A stretch of 64,000 nt of DNA, taken from assembly GCA_002269645.1 (NCBI GenBank), contig NIVC01002331.1:1-64000 (forward strand), given 5' to 3'. This DNA is from Macrostomum lignano (lineage: Eukaryota). The position numbers were made by a program, and so were the translations under genes. Positions 24,311 to 37,237 of this stretch are shown in pieces (position 1 is the stretch's first letter; every line of letters starts with the position of its first letter). The notes beneath the pieces are model-generated. The model was given only the letters and a program-made list of their open reading frames with translations. It had not been told where the DNA came from and made no database searches.

Positions 24311-25508
24311 CAAATTTGACACAAGCAATTTTCAACTATTTTAGCACAATCATGTAAAATTTCGAGTCTCAAAGTTAATCCTGAGCGGTGCTGTGCACTT
24401 TTAAAATTAGGCTGTTTTTTTTCAATGTAGCAACCACCCCAACCTCCACCCGCCTGCCTCTCTTTCCCGATACCGATCTGGGCCCAGATGTGTAAAAGGG
24501 TTTCAAAATTGACTTTCAGCTGCCATAAGTTTGCTCCACGTAAAGCGATTGACTTCAAACTTAACACAATTCTTCATTGACTCATTCTCTATCTAAATGT
24601 AAAGTTTCAACTCTGTAACTCAATCAGAACAGAAACTGTAAGCATGTGAAGTTTGTCTGCTTTTTCTGTTGTTTGTGCCACTCACTCACTCATTCCCCAG
24701 AGCCAGACGAAGGGTCAGGCGATAGGACTGAATGTACATAGCAAATGTACAGTGTTTTGGAATACTTTATTTATAACTTTCTCTGCACCCCGAGAGTGGA
24801 GAGGCTACGTTTAGCCATAACCGTTTAGTGAGAAATTCTAACCACTGCCCTCCCCTCTGTATTGGCAAACTCTGCAGAGTTTAACACTGGATAGCAATTG
24901 GCAAATCGAGGGAATCCAGCATGGTTTGTAAGAGCGAAAGATTTATGAAAAGGCGATGCGATGCAATGCAATACAACCCTACTAAATTAGGCACACCATG
25001 GAAATTTTAGGTTTCTTTTAAAGGTACTGTGTAAATTTTAAATGGCCTCCTAAGAAATCATATATGCGCAACCTCCAAAATTCGGTTGGCCGTGCGACTT
25101 AGTTTTAACAAAAATGCGACGTAGTTATTGGCCAAAAATGCAACTTACATGTAAAAAAAACCCGAAAGCAAAATTAACGCAACTATGGGTAAACGGCAGG
25201 AGTAACTATAACTGTCTTATAAAGCCAAAATGCCTCGTCAGCTACTTAGTACTACTACTTAGTGTTCTTTTAGGTGGGCATTTTTGCGACTTCTTTGGTT
25301 GGCCGCCAAATCGGTCGGCCGGATCGGCCGACTGTTGCGCATGTATGTAAGAAATGCATATTTCCTTGGTTGTTAGACTGATGCAGACTGCAGTGGAGCT
25401 AAAGATACACAAATTCCTTTCAGGGCTGTAAATTGGCAAGAAAGATGACGTGATCAAAGCATGAGAACAACCATGAGAGTACTACGTCCCACAAACTGGC
25501 TTTCCAAG

Positions 25509-26762
25509 CAGGGATGGGCAGACTTTTACCTCAAAGGCCAGATAAAGAATCCAGCTCATAGCTGAGGGGCAGATGAAAGTGGAAAGAAGAAGGAATAGAC
25601 AATTCGAAGAGAGGAGAGGCGACAGAGGGGATAAAAGAAAAGATGAAAGATAATAGGAGAGATGAGGGGGTGAGGACGATGAGAGAGAGGGGAGAAGAGG
25701 GGAGAGAGGAAAAGCGAGAGGAGAGAGTAGAGATGAGAGAGCAGAGAGTAGAGATAAGAGAGCAGAGAGCTGCAGATGAGAGGAGAGAGGAGACAGCAGA
25801 GAGGAGAGCAGAGAGGAAACAGGTGAAAGAAGAGATGAGAGAGTAAAGGGAAGAGAGAAGAGATAAAGATACATCTCTACATCTCTAAGGTTCTAGAGAT
25901 GAGAGAGGTGGAAGGAGAGATAAGAGATAATGGAGAGAGGAGAGTGGAGTGAGAGAAGAGAGGGAGACAGAGTATAGAAAAGGGAAGAGAAGAGAAAAGA
26001 AGAAAGGAGAAAGGAAAGTGAGGAGTCAAAAGAGGGGAAAGAAAAGAGTACAGAGGAGAGAGGTGAGAGAACATATAAGACATAGATGCCAGATTAAAGA
26101 GGGGGATGAGAGAGCAGAGACGAGAGTGAACAGATAAAAGATGGGAGAGTAGAGAGAACAGAGGAGAGGTTAGAGAGGAGAGAGGAGAGACAAAGGTAGA
26201 GAAGTGAGTGAGGAGAGAGGAGAGGAAAGAGGAGAATGGAGGGGGAGAGAGTAGAGAGAGAAGGAGAGATAAGAGAAAAAGACAGAGAGAGAGAGAGAGA
26301 GGGGGGAGCAGAGAGAAATGAGAAATGAGAAGAGATAAGAGAGAAAAGATAAAAGAAGAAAAAGGAAAGATGAGAGAGCAAAGACGAGAGAGCAAAGACA
26401 AGAGAGAAAAGAGGTGAGGGAAGAGGCGAGAGAAGAGGGGAGAGATGAGAGAGTAGAGGAGAGAGTTAAGAGTAGAGAGAAAAGAATAGAAAGGAGAAGG
26501 AAGATAAGAGAGAAGAGGGGGTGAGAGGAGAGAGGAGAGGAGAGAGAAAACGAAAAAGTAGAGAGGAGAAAGGAGAGGAGAGAGAAAAGAAGAGAGATGA
26601 AAGAGAAGAGAGATGAGGGAAGATACGAGAGAAGAGGGGAGAGAGGAGAGAGGAGAGACGACGGACGAGAGAGATGAGAGGAAACAAAGAGACAATAGAA
26701 ATTTTAAAGGATCCAAGGGACATAGGGAGAGTCAGGGAGAGGCCAGAGTTTGCCAATACATG
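25509..26762 (-). mobile_element. hAT MITE copy with internal GA tract expanded to ~1.1 kb
   Basis: The start cagggatgggcagacttttacctcaaaggccagataaagaatccagctcat aligns with the reverse complement of the 5499 right end. The far end ...gtttgccaatacatg aligns weakly with the other terminus. Confidence 0.65.
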
Positions 26763-27657
26763 TTTTAGAGTCAGACAGACATTGCCTGGCATTCTGTGGA
26801 GTACCCCAGCAAACAATATCAACATTTGCCTCAAACCCTAATTTTACACGAATGTGCTCCATTTTATGTCTACCTCTATCCTACTAACATTAATTTGTTT
26901 GTGTATGGCGTTAGATTTCAGAATACATGCAAAAGTAGTTCCCGGGATTGGAATTCCCCGGGTTCAAAATCCGCGGGTTTCAACAGCTTGTTTATTATAA
27001 TTAGCCCTAAGCCTATACTATAATAACAACTATATTTTAATAAATTATATAAAATTTAATAGGCCTAACTCAATATTATCTCAACAAATGATAAAATTTA
27101 TTATAAATTTATATGCCATAGGCCTAGGGCCTAATTCTAGTGGCATAACTAGAAGGCAAGGGGCAGTTTCCTTTCCCCTTAAGCAGAGACTAGAAAAAAG
27201 GGGATCTTAGTCAAATTGTCAATTGGCATTTTGTCAACTATAGAGCCATTGTTCTCTCTTAGAGCACTTTGTCAATTGGCCAATTAGTAGACCTAAATAT
27301 GGTCACTTTATCACTGTGTATTATATACATATATGCAATTTAATATTTTATACACATGTTTATTGCTATATTTATACCAAGAATTGTTCTGTTAAACTCT
27401 CTTAAATGAAAGAAGAAAGTCAAGCAGGTTAATTATTTCAAAGTGCAATATATTGAATTGACCTATTGTTTCCAAAATATATAAATAATGTATGTTTGAA
27501 TTTTTTGAAGGTTTTCAAATGTTTGAAGTGTTTTTACATGTTTTTACATGTTTGAAGATATTCAAATTTAGATTTAAATAAAAAATCAACATTAAATTAC
27601 AACAAAGTATATACATACTTAAGAAAGAATGATAGTGACAAACAATTAACTATTTAA

Positions 27658-30600
27658 CAGTAGGAATACCAAGCCATTTTTCCGCCCGTCAAACTACCAA
27701 GAGGGGGGGGAAAATTCCCCCCCCCCTGACAATTTTTTTTGCTGCGCCGGAACGGAGCAACGCAGGCACACAAAATTCAAGAACACGGGCTAACTTTTTG
27801 TTGCGCACCTTCTCAAACAAGAATCAAGTCGCCAGCCCTTGGGACCATCGAGATATTTGACAATTCTACCAGAAGGTCGGATTTTTCCCATAAGCGCCAG
27901 TGTATTCAGTACACCCCTGTGCGCCAAATAGCACTGCGCCTCAGTGCAGCCTTGCCAAGTCTCCAAATTTCATCAGCACGTCGACCAAATGTGTCTGCAT
28001 CAGTTCTGACTTCGTTGGTTACTGGCCTTCACCGAGACAGAGCTTCTAGACCTTCAACAGGTGGCACCAGGTGACTATGAACACCTTGATGCGAATTTCT
28101 CTAGTTTCACCGATCAAGCCTCGACAGTAGGCAAGCCTCGACAGTAGGCAAGCCTTAACTGCCAGACACCCTCAGCTAGTCTCCTGAGCATTCCTTCATC
28201 ATCCCGACACCGTCGGCTCCTTCAACAGATTACACCAGGTGACTATGGACAGCCTGTTGCAAATATGTCAGTTTTTTCTTATCAAGCTTCAATAATGAGC
28301 AAACCTCAACTGCTGGACATCCTCAGCTAGTCAGTCAAGCATTCAGCCATCACCCCGACGCCGTCAGCACCTTCAACAGGTGGCACCAGGGGAGTAAGGA
28401 CACCTGAGCGTGATTTTTCATCATGCTCTTAACATTTCTGAATCATTAAAAAATGAAAAAAACGGATTGAATTTACTGGCTTCTGTAGGGCATAGGCCGT
28501 GCGCTGCACTCTCTGCCCCACATTATTATTCATGACTCATTCTCTCGCCTAAACTTGTTTACCAATTCTCGACCAATTGCGCATCGCTGCACCCCACCCC
28601 ACAATATTGACTAATAAATATATTGAGTAAACAGAGCCATACAGAGGCCACCTTTTCGGCACGCAAACCCAGACTTCACAGCTTCTTAGAAGCATAACCC
28701 TTTCTGCATAAAAATTGGGTTCAATATTATAGTTGAATAAACTAAACAGCTTTTCGAATAAAATATGTATGTAGCTCGTATGCATAAAAGTATGTGTAAT
28801 AATAATATAAATATACAGCAACATGAGTTCAAGCTTAACTATAGCAATGTCCGTGCTTTAAAAATTTTGAGAGCTTCAGAAATGTTAAGAGCATGATGAA
28901 AAATCAGGCTCAGGTGTCCTTACTCCCCTGGTGCCACCTGTTGAAGGTGCCGACGGCGTCGGGGTGATGGCTGAATGCTTGACTGACTAGCTAAGGATGT
29001 CCAGCAGTTGAGGTTTGCTCATTATTGAAGCTTGATAAGAAAAACCTGACATATTTGCAACAGGCTGTCCATAGTCACCTGGTGTAATCTGTTGAAGGAG
29101 CCAACGGCATCGGGATGATGACGGAAGGCTTGAGAGACTACTGAAGGTGTCCGGCAGTTGAGGCTTGCCTACTGTCGAGGCTTGATCGGCGAAACTAGAG
29201 AAATTCGCATCAGGGTGTCCATAGTCACTTGGTGTCATCTGTTGAAGGAGCCGACGGCGTCGGGATGATGACGGAAAGCTTGAGAGACTAGCTGAGAATG
29301 TCCAGCAGTTGATATTTGCCCACTGTCGAGGCTTGATTGGCGAAACTAGAGAAATCAGCATCAGGGTGTCCATAGTCATCTGGTGTCATTTGTTGAAGGT
29401 GCCAACGTCATCGGGGTGATGACGGAATGCTCGAGAGACTAGCTGACAATGTCCGTTGGTTGAGGTTTGCCCATTATTGAAGCTTGATAAAAAAGACCTG
29501 ACATAGTTGCAAAAGGATGTCCATAGTCACCTAATGCCACCTGTTGAAGGTGCCGACGGTGTCGGGATGATGACGGAATGCTTAGGAGACTAGCTGAAGG
29601 TGTCCGGCAGTTGAGGCTTGCCTACTGTCGAGGCTTGATCGGGGAAACTAGAGAAATTCTTATCAGGCTGTCCATAGTCCCCTGGTATAATCTGTTGAAG
29701 GAGCCGACAGCGTCGGGATGATGGCTGAATGCTTGACTGACTAGCTGAGGATGTCCAGCAGTTGAGGTTTGCTTATTATTGAAGCTTGATAAGAAAAACC
29801 TGACATATTTGCAACAGGCTATCCATAGTCACCTGGTGTAATCTGTTGAAGGAGCCGACGGCATCGGGATGATGACGGAAGGCTTGAGAGACTAGCTGAG
29901 AATGTCCAGCAGTTGATATTTGCCCACTGTCGAGGCTTGATTGGCGAAACTAGAGAAATCAGCATCAGGTTGTCCATAGTCATCTGGTGTCATTTGTTGA
30001 AGGTGCCGACGTCATCGGGGTGATGACGGAATGCTCGAGAGACTAGCTGACAATGTCCGTCGGTTGAGGTTTGCCCATTATTGAAGCTTGATAAGAAAGA
30101 CCTGACATAGTTGCAAAAGGATGTCCATAGTCACCTGATGCCACCTGTTGAAGGTGCCGACGGTGTCGGGATGATGACGGAATGCTCAGGAGACTAGCTG
30201 AAGGTGTCCGGCAGTTGAGGCTCGCCTACTGTCGAGGCTTGATTGGCGAAACTAGAGAAATTCGCATCAGGGTGTCCATAGTCACTTGGTGTCATCTGTT
30301 GAAGGAGCCGACGGTGTCGGGATGATGACGGAATGCTTGAGAGACTAGCTGAAGATGTTCCGCGGTTGAGGCTTGCCCATTGGCAAGGCTTGATCAGCGA
30401 AAGTAGAGAAATTTGCATCAGGGTGTTCATAGTCACCTGGTGTAATCCGTTGAAGGTGCCGACGGCATTCGGGTGATGATGGAAGGCTCAAGAGACTAGC
30501 TGAGGATACCTAGCAGTTGAGGTATGCCCGCTGTTGAGGCTTGATCAGCGAAACTTGAGAAATTTGTATCAGAGTGTCCATAGTCACTTGGTGCCACCTG

Positions 30601-30970
30601 TTGAAGGTCCAGAAGCTCCGCCTGGGTGAAGGCTAGTGACCAACGAAGTCAGAGCTGATGCAGACACATGTGGTCGACGTGCTGATGAAATTTGGAGACT
30701 TGGCAAGGCTGCACTGAGGCGCAGTGCTATTTGGTACACAGGGGTGTACTGAATACACTAGCGCTTATAGGAAAAATCCGACCTTCTGGCAGAATCGTCG
30801 AATATCTCGCCAGTCCGGAGGGCTGGCAACTTGATTCTTGTTTGAGAAGGTGCGCAACAAAAAGTTAGCCCGTGTTCTTGAATTTTGTGTGTCTGCGTTG
30901 CTCCGTTCCAGCGCAGCAAAAAAATTGTCAGGGGGGGGGAAATTTCCCCCCCCCCTTGGTAGTTCTACTG
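27658..30970. mobile_element. Foldback-type DNA transposon: inverted arms 27658-28442 and 28875-30970 around a ~430-bp spacer, with 151-bp internal tandem repeats
   Basis: The arms are reverse complements from the termini (ttaa|cagtag ... ctactg|ttaa) to the inner ends (catttctgaa / ttcagaaatg). In the right arm, repeat starts fall at 28999, 29149, 29300, 29451, 29602, 29753, 29904, 30055, 30206, 30357 and 30508. The left arm has ~2 units. Confidence 0.9.
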
Positions 30971-31096
30971 TTAATCACTGAATATTGATCTTAGAAATCA
31001 CAAATGAAAAATTTTATACCAAGGCAATATATATTTATCATTAAAGTAACCATAATTAAAAATGAGATCATAGTTTCATCTATTGCAAATTCTGTG

Positions 31097-31828
31097 GGGG
31101 GGGGGGCGCTTCATAAGACCTAAATTTCACAACACCTAAAGCACATGACTTCACATCACCTGAATTTCATAACACCTAAATTTAACAACGCCTAAAATCG
31201 AAAATGCAGCCTCCTTCACAACGCCTACATTTCACATCGCCTAAATTTCTCAACGCCTAAAATTTCTGCATGCTCTTTCACATCGCCTAAATTTCATATC
31301 GCCTAAATTTCATAGCGCCTAAAACCGAAAATGCATCCTACTTCATATCGCCTAAATTTCATATCGCCTAAATTTCACAATGCCTAAAAATCTGCATGCT
31401 CTTTCATATCACCTAAACTTCATATCGCCTAAATTTCACAACACCTAAAACTGAATGTGAAGGAGAGAAGCAAAGATTTTAGGCATTGTGAAATTTAGGC
31501 GATATGAAATTTAGGCGATGCGAAAGATGCTGCATTTTCGGTTTTAGGCGTTGTGAAATTTAGGCGATATGAAATTTAGGTGTTGAAGGAGGCTGCATAT
31601 ATTTTAGGCGTTGTGAAATTTAGGCGATATGAAATTTAGGCGATGTGAAGGAGGCTGCACTTTTGATTTTAGGCATTGTGAAATTTAAGCGATATGAAAT
31701 TTAGGCAATGTGAAAAAGCGTGCAAATATTTTAGGCGTTGTGAAATTTAGGCGATATGAAATTTAGGCGTTGTGAAGTGTGGTAGTTTTAGGCGTTGTGA
31801 AATTTAGGTCTTATGAAAGCGTCCCATA
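31097..31828. mobile_element. Palindromic foldback MITE built from ~16-bp cgcctaaatttca repeats
   Basis: Left arm gcgcttcataagacctaaatttcacaac...; right arm ...gttgtgaaatttaggtcttatgaaagcgtccc. Strand polarity switches at ~31450-31477. A possible 5-bp TSD is ctgtg. Confidence 0.85.
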
Positions 31829-32574
31829 CTGTGATCCCTTTTAAATAATCACTTTGTCAATTGCAAATGCTGTTACCCTTATCAAATAGTCACTTTGTCA
31901 ATTTCAAATGCTGCTACCCTAACCAAATAGTCACTTTGTCAACCATTTGAAAAAATGCCAGTTGATAAAATGACTAGCACCCAAAAAGCCTCCCTTTCTA
32001 CCTTCCTTGGGCTTAGCCTTAGGTTTTTACCTTCAAAATCTGCTTTTTTACTCAACAAATTTCTAGTTGTGCTACCATATAATTTCAAGTTTACATTAGA
32101 TTAATCTTTTAATATCATTTTAGGGAGTCTATTTTTCATCCCCTTTCAATTTTCTTTTAGATTAGTCTCCTTTTCTATACAAGGCCTACCTATAGAGCAA
32201 AAGTAACTTTTGTGGCGATATTAGATAATTTTATGAATGAATTTATAAATTTAAAGATATAGAAACCTTTTGATTGCCATAAAATAGCTTATGTGTTATT
32301 ATTTTATAATTGATATCAATTTATTTTTTACAAAAGTGTAATAAAGGGGTTTGATGAGTTTTTTTATTTAAAAAAATATAGAAATATTTGCATTTCATTA
32401 TGTTGACCTATCTCATTGAGAGATCTTCATAAAAATCTAGTTTATAAAAACTAGCAATCTTTGCCCCCCAATAAGAGACATCTGGATAGAATCTTTGTTC
32501 TTTACAAGTAACAAATAGACAGCGAAATAAAGCCTTCAAAAAACAACAGACATTCCCTCTAAAAAGAAACCATC

Positions 32575-33950
32575 CCAAGAGAGCAAGCATCCCCAGAAAG
32601 CATGCAAGCATCCCCCAGATAGCAAGCATCTCCCAGACCACAAGCATCCCCCCCAATAACAAGCAACCCCAGATAGCAAGCATATCCCAGTTAGCAAGCA
32701 TACCCCAGATAACAAGCATCTCTCAGATAGCAAGCATCTCTCAAATAGCAAGCATACCCAAGATAGCAAGGATCCCCTAGACAGCAAGCATCCCCCCCCC
32801 CCAGATAGCAAGCATCCCCCAGACAGACAGCAAGCATCCCCAAGATAGCAAGCATCCCCAAGATAGCAAGCATCCCCAAGATAGCAAGCATCCCCAAGAT
32901 AGCAAGCATACCCCAGATAGCAAGCATACCCCAGATAGCAAGCATACCCCAGATAGCAAGCATCCCCAGATAGCAAGCCTACCCTAGATAGCAAGCATCC
33001 CCTAGACAGCAAGCATCCCCCAGATAGCAAGCATACCCCAGATAGCAAGCATACCCCAGATAGCAAGCATACCCCAGATAGCAAGCATACCCCAGATAGC
33101 AAGCATCCCCCAGACAGCAAGCATCCCCCAGATAGCAAGCATCTCCCAGATAGCAAGCCTACCCTAGATAGCAAGCATCCCCCAGACAGCAAGCATCCCC
33201 CAGATAGCAAGCATCTCCCAGACAGCAAGCATACCCCAGATAGCAAGCATCCCCCTAGATAGCAAGCATACCCTAGATAGCAAGCATCATACCCCAGATA
33301 GCAAGCATCTCCCAGACAGCAAGCATACCCCAGATAGCAAGCATCCCCCTAGATAGCAAGCATACCCTAGATAGCAAGCATCATACCCCAGATAGCAAGC
33401 ATCATATCCTAGATAGCAAGCATCCCCCAGACAGCAAGCATCCCCAAGATAGCTAGCATCCCTAAGATAGCAAGCATCCCCCCAATAGCAAGCACCCCCC
33501 TAATAGCAAGTATACCCCAGATAGCAAGCATCCCCCAGACAGCAAGCATCCCCCAAATAGCAAGCATCTCCCAGACAGCAAGCCTACCCCAGATAGCAAG
33601 CATCCCTTAGACAGCAAGCATCCCCCAGATAGCAAGCATCTCCCAGATAGCAAGCCTACCCTAGATAGCAAGCATCCCCCAGACAGCAAGCATCCCCCAG
33701 ATAGCAAGCATCCCCCTAGATAGCAAGCATACCCCAGATAGCAAGCATACCCCAGATAGCAAGCCTACCCCAGATAGCAAGCATCCCTGGATACAAAGAG
33801 TCCTTATAGATAGCTAGCAAACCCCTCTCAGATAGCAAGTACCCACCATCCCCCAAGAGCAAGCATCTCCCAATAACAAGTTACCCCAGTAGCAAGCATC
33901 CCTCAGATAGCAAGCATCCCCCTGATAGCAAGTATCCATCCTTAAATAGC
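32575..33950. repeat. 18-19-bp minisatellite, ~75 copies
   Basis: Unit agatagcaagcat(a/c)cccc with variants. Confidence 0.97.
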
Positions 33951-34059
33951 AAACATCTACCAGACAACAAGTAGCTAGTGCAACAATTTCCATAGCTTTA
34001 TAATGGCTCCATTTTGTTTGGCATGATGCTTCTTTTTTCATTTCAATTTCTATCTCTTT

Positions 34060-34300
34060 TACGTTTGACATGGCATCTCTTTTATGTTTGACATGGCGTC
34101 TTTTATATGATTGACATGATGGTTCTTTTATGTTTGACATGGTGCCAATTTTATGTTTGGCATGGTGGCTCTTTTATGTTTGACATGGTGGCTCTTTTAT
34201 GATTGACATGGTGGCTCTTTTATGTTTGAAATGGTGGCTCTTTAATGTTTGACATGGTGCCAATTTTATGTTTGACATGGTGCCACTTTTATGTTTGACA
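34060..34300. repeat. 23-bp minisatellite, ~10 copies
   Basis: Unit tttatgtttgacatggtggctct. Confidence 0.92.
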
Positions 34301-34789
34301 TAGCACTTCCTTTATGTTTAGCAGTTTTGTGTTTTTAAAGTGTTTAAAGTTTTTAAAGTCGAAATTATTTTGCACTACTAAGATGCAAACCCAGGTTGCT
34401 ACATTAGCAGTCTAGTCTGTTCGCATCTAGGCTATCTATTTTCAATTGGAGAACTTAAACTGTGGCCCTTATAATTCAATTCTTACAGCAAGTCGGTTAG
34501 GGTAAAAAGGGTAAACATAATCAATTTCTCAGTCAGCCAGTATCAGTCTCAATTTAAGTTAGCAATATAGTTACGCAATTTGTGTCAAGTTGTATGTGCT
34601 TTTCTCTGGCACTGTTTTCAACTTGGTGTGATGTAATCTTTATCAGAATTGAAATTCAGTCAGTCAGTTTTTTCTCTAGTATTCTTACAATGCATTTAAG
34701 TTGAAATTTTGCTTGACCTTTGCGAAAAAGCATGTTTTTCAAATATTTTATCCCTTTAACATTGAGCAATTTCTTAGCTAAGATGCATG

Positions 34790-35165
34790 TACTGTCCCAC
34801 GAACATTTCTGATCAAATGGTGCAAGTTTGACGAAAATTGGTTGAGCTGTTTTTTCTGAAATCTATCGCATACCTACCTACCTACCCACAGAAACTCATT
34901 TTTAGTATATCTGATGACTGATTTTTAGTATATCTGATGACTGATTATGACTGAATGAAATTGGCTGTGAATTCTCTTGCTGTGTGCAGGCTGATAAAAT
35001 TTGCATTAAAAATGCCCATTTAAAACAGTTTTTCAAATATTTAATCCCTTTAGCAATGAGCTAAAGCTTAATAAAAATACATGTACCAATTTGGGAACAT
35101 TTGACATCTTTTGGTGAAGAAACAGCAAAAATTAGTTGAGCCATTTGGGAGATAATCAATTGCAT

Positions 35166-35198
<33 letters not shown>

Positions 35199-35275
35199 AT
35201 TTTCATTTTTAGTATATAGGAATGCATACATACAAACATACAAACATAATTTTTTCATTTTTAGTATATTAGACT
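34790..35275 (-). mobile_element. Two adjacent Helitron/HINE-like fragments with tetranucleotide microsatellites
   Basis: The minus strand has atatactaaaaatg followed by (gtag)n or (cttg)n, then ...cagctcaaccaatttt or ...ctcccaaatggctcaactaatttt, similar to the 24053 element. Confidence 0.35.
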
Positions 35276-35956
35276 AGATTTGTCTAGAAATGAAAAAAAA
35301 AATATTTTTAATGACAATTTTTACTTTTGTAATGATAGAATATTTTTCTCTTACTTTGATCTATTAAAATACATTCACAATTTGTGCTCCTATATTCCTA
35401 TAATATTGAATATCCTTTTAAAATCATTCAATTTTTCTACAATTTTGTGCCTTTAATAGCTAATATGTTTGCTTTTATAATTTTTTGGCCAAATATACTT
35501 TCACATGAATTATATTTATATTTTTTAAGGTAGATACATTTTATATCCCATTTTGATAGAAATACTTATATGCATATTAGAAAGGCATTTTTAACTCTAA
35601 TGCAAGTAAAATAGAAGGTAAGAAGTATGACACATTAGAAATAATTTCTATGGAAATTTCTAAATCGAAATTGGTACTAAATTTTTTGGGCTCTAGATTC
35701 ATTAAAGTTTTTAAACATAATTTTACAATGTATAGAAAGCTATTGACCTATTTTCAACCTATTTTCATTAGCATTGTCCTATTAAACCTTTTCTTTTTTA
35801 TGTTTTGTTACTTTTTAGATAAAAAAATATTGTTTTAAAAAATGCATAACTTTTTCAAACATGTATTTAAAATGAAACCTTATAATATTTTTTAAAATCT
35901 TATCATTCTTATTCAATAAAAACTTCTTATGAAGATCATAACTACATTTAACTAGG

Positions 35957-36524
35957 TGTATGCCATGAGGCCAGGAACAAGCCCAGAATTCAGATTTATT
36001 TCAATGAAGCCAAAAAGTTGTCTCACGCTCCTGTCTACTAACTTGAGTACTTTTAATCGCTGCAATACTTTAGCACTTAGACAGAATTACAAAAACATAC
36101 GATTGTAGAAACACAAACAGAAACAATAGCATTTTTTTATTAGAGGCAGGGGGGTTGTGTGCACCCTGGCGCACTTTAAGCGACATAGGCACACAACCGG
36201 CGAGAGGCATTGCTGCCCATTCCGCCGACTCCCCTGAGCAGGCATACAAGCGCGCGGATACGTACGCAGGCACACACTCACACAGGAGTGTACAGCGGCC
36301 CTAACTTTATTTTATCGTTAGGCATGTACACTTCACTGCGCCTTGGGGGGTTGGCTCTCAAGGCCATTAATTGCACAAGCAGAGCCAAGCGGATATTCCA
36401 ATTCAGCCCCAAATTAATGTGACTGCACTTGGAATCGAGCCTGGGTCGCTGGCACACCAGAGCAGCTGCGCTACCACTGGGCTACGGCCCCCCGTTGAAA
36501 CAATAGCATAGCCGATCTTTGTCA
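35957..36524 (-). mobile_element. Probable 3' LTR of a Gypsy element, interrupted by a SINE
   Basis: On the minus strand a purine-rich ccggagggggcg precedes TG at 36524, downstream of the pol C-terminus. aataaa lies near 36000, and the CA end is at 35957 or 35966 (uncertain). Confidence 0.5.
36133..36496 (-). mobile_element. Full-length tRNA-derived SINE (family 2) with 13-bp TSD
   Basis: A box tagcccagtgg, B box ggctcgattcc, A-rich tail aataaaaa. The TSD gaaacaatagcat occurs at 36120-36132 and 36497-36509. Confidence 0.9.
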
Positions 36525-36684
36525 CGCCCCCCTCCGGAGTAAAGCCCTCTTAGATTATACATGTAACAACGATTATAAACTAAGGAAAGCGTCTGGAAGC
36601 CTGAACACGTGGCTCTGATCGCTTAAAGTAGTCTGCGATCAACATAGTGAGTTATTAACCTGGTTCGTTGGGACGTGTCCGATT

Positions 36685-36992
36685 CTATGGCCTGTAGCGG
36701 TCGGGTTCCCTTCGAATTCGCTCGCTCCTCCGTGTTGGTATGGCCTGTGCAACCTGTGGCTCCGGTGCAGCTGGTCTCTGACCTTCCACATCCGTCTCAT
36801 CGGTTTCTTCATCAGAAAGAGTGCGAGGCGCGAGTTGATTGTTGCTGACCAAGCGTAGTGGTTAGTGGATCTCAAACTTTCGACCTTGTAGGTAATTCTT
36901 TAGACGAGAGACAGCCCAGACAATGGCTAGGGCTTCTCTTTCAATATTGGAGTAATTTTCCTCTGCCTTCGGTAGTCGATAGAGTCCTGGAA
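36685..36992 (-). mobile_element. Ty3/Gypsy pol remnant: RNase H fragment joined to the pol C-terminus
   Basis: SRTL/..AEENYSNIEREALAIVWAVSRLK/YLQGRKFEI (frameshifted) is a classic Gypsy RNase H motif. It is followed within ~100 bp by RRSERIRREPDRYRP*, a typical post-integrase tail. Confidence 0.82.
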
Positions 36993-37237
36993 ATATAAAT
37001 TAGGTGTTAGGTGTGATCAATTTTTTAGTCTTCCAATCTGATTCTGTCTATGCCATATAAATTTATCATTATGCAAAAATTTAATTTAATAATATGTACT
37101 GTAAATAAAGAATAATTCAATTTAGTAGATCCTGAAGGTTCTGTTAAAATTATACATAGTTTTTGTTTTTTATTGCAAGGATTGAGACAATATATTTATT
37201 TTTCTTAGCAAGCTTGACAATTTTCAAATCATGCCTC

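Noticed and set aside
25312-25332. GC-rich hairpin gtcggccg-gat-cggccgac as a Helitron 3' end
   Set aside because: No CTRR terminus 10-15 nt downstream on either strand.
25482-26834. Leu/Ser-rich transmembrane-looking ORFs (also at 5607, 12208, 49712, 62747)
   Set aside because: Translations of TC/GA low-complexity tracts.
32408-33707. Cys/Leu/Gly repeat ORFs resembling keratin-associated proteins
   Set aside because: Translation of an 18-19-bp minisatellite with frequent frameshifting unit lengths.
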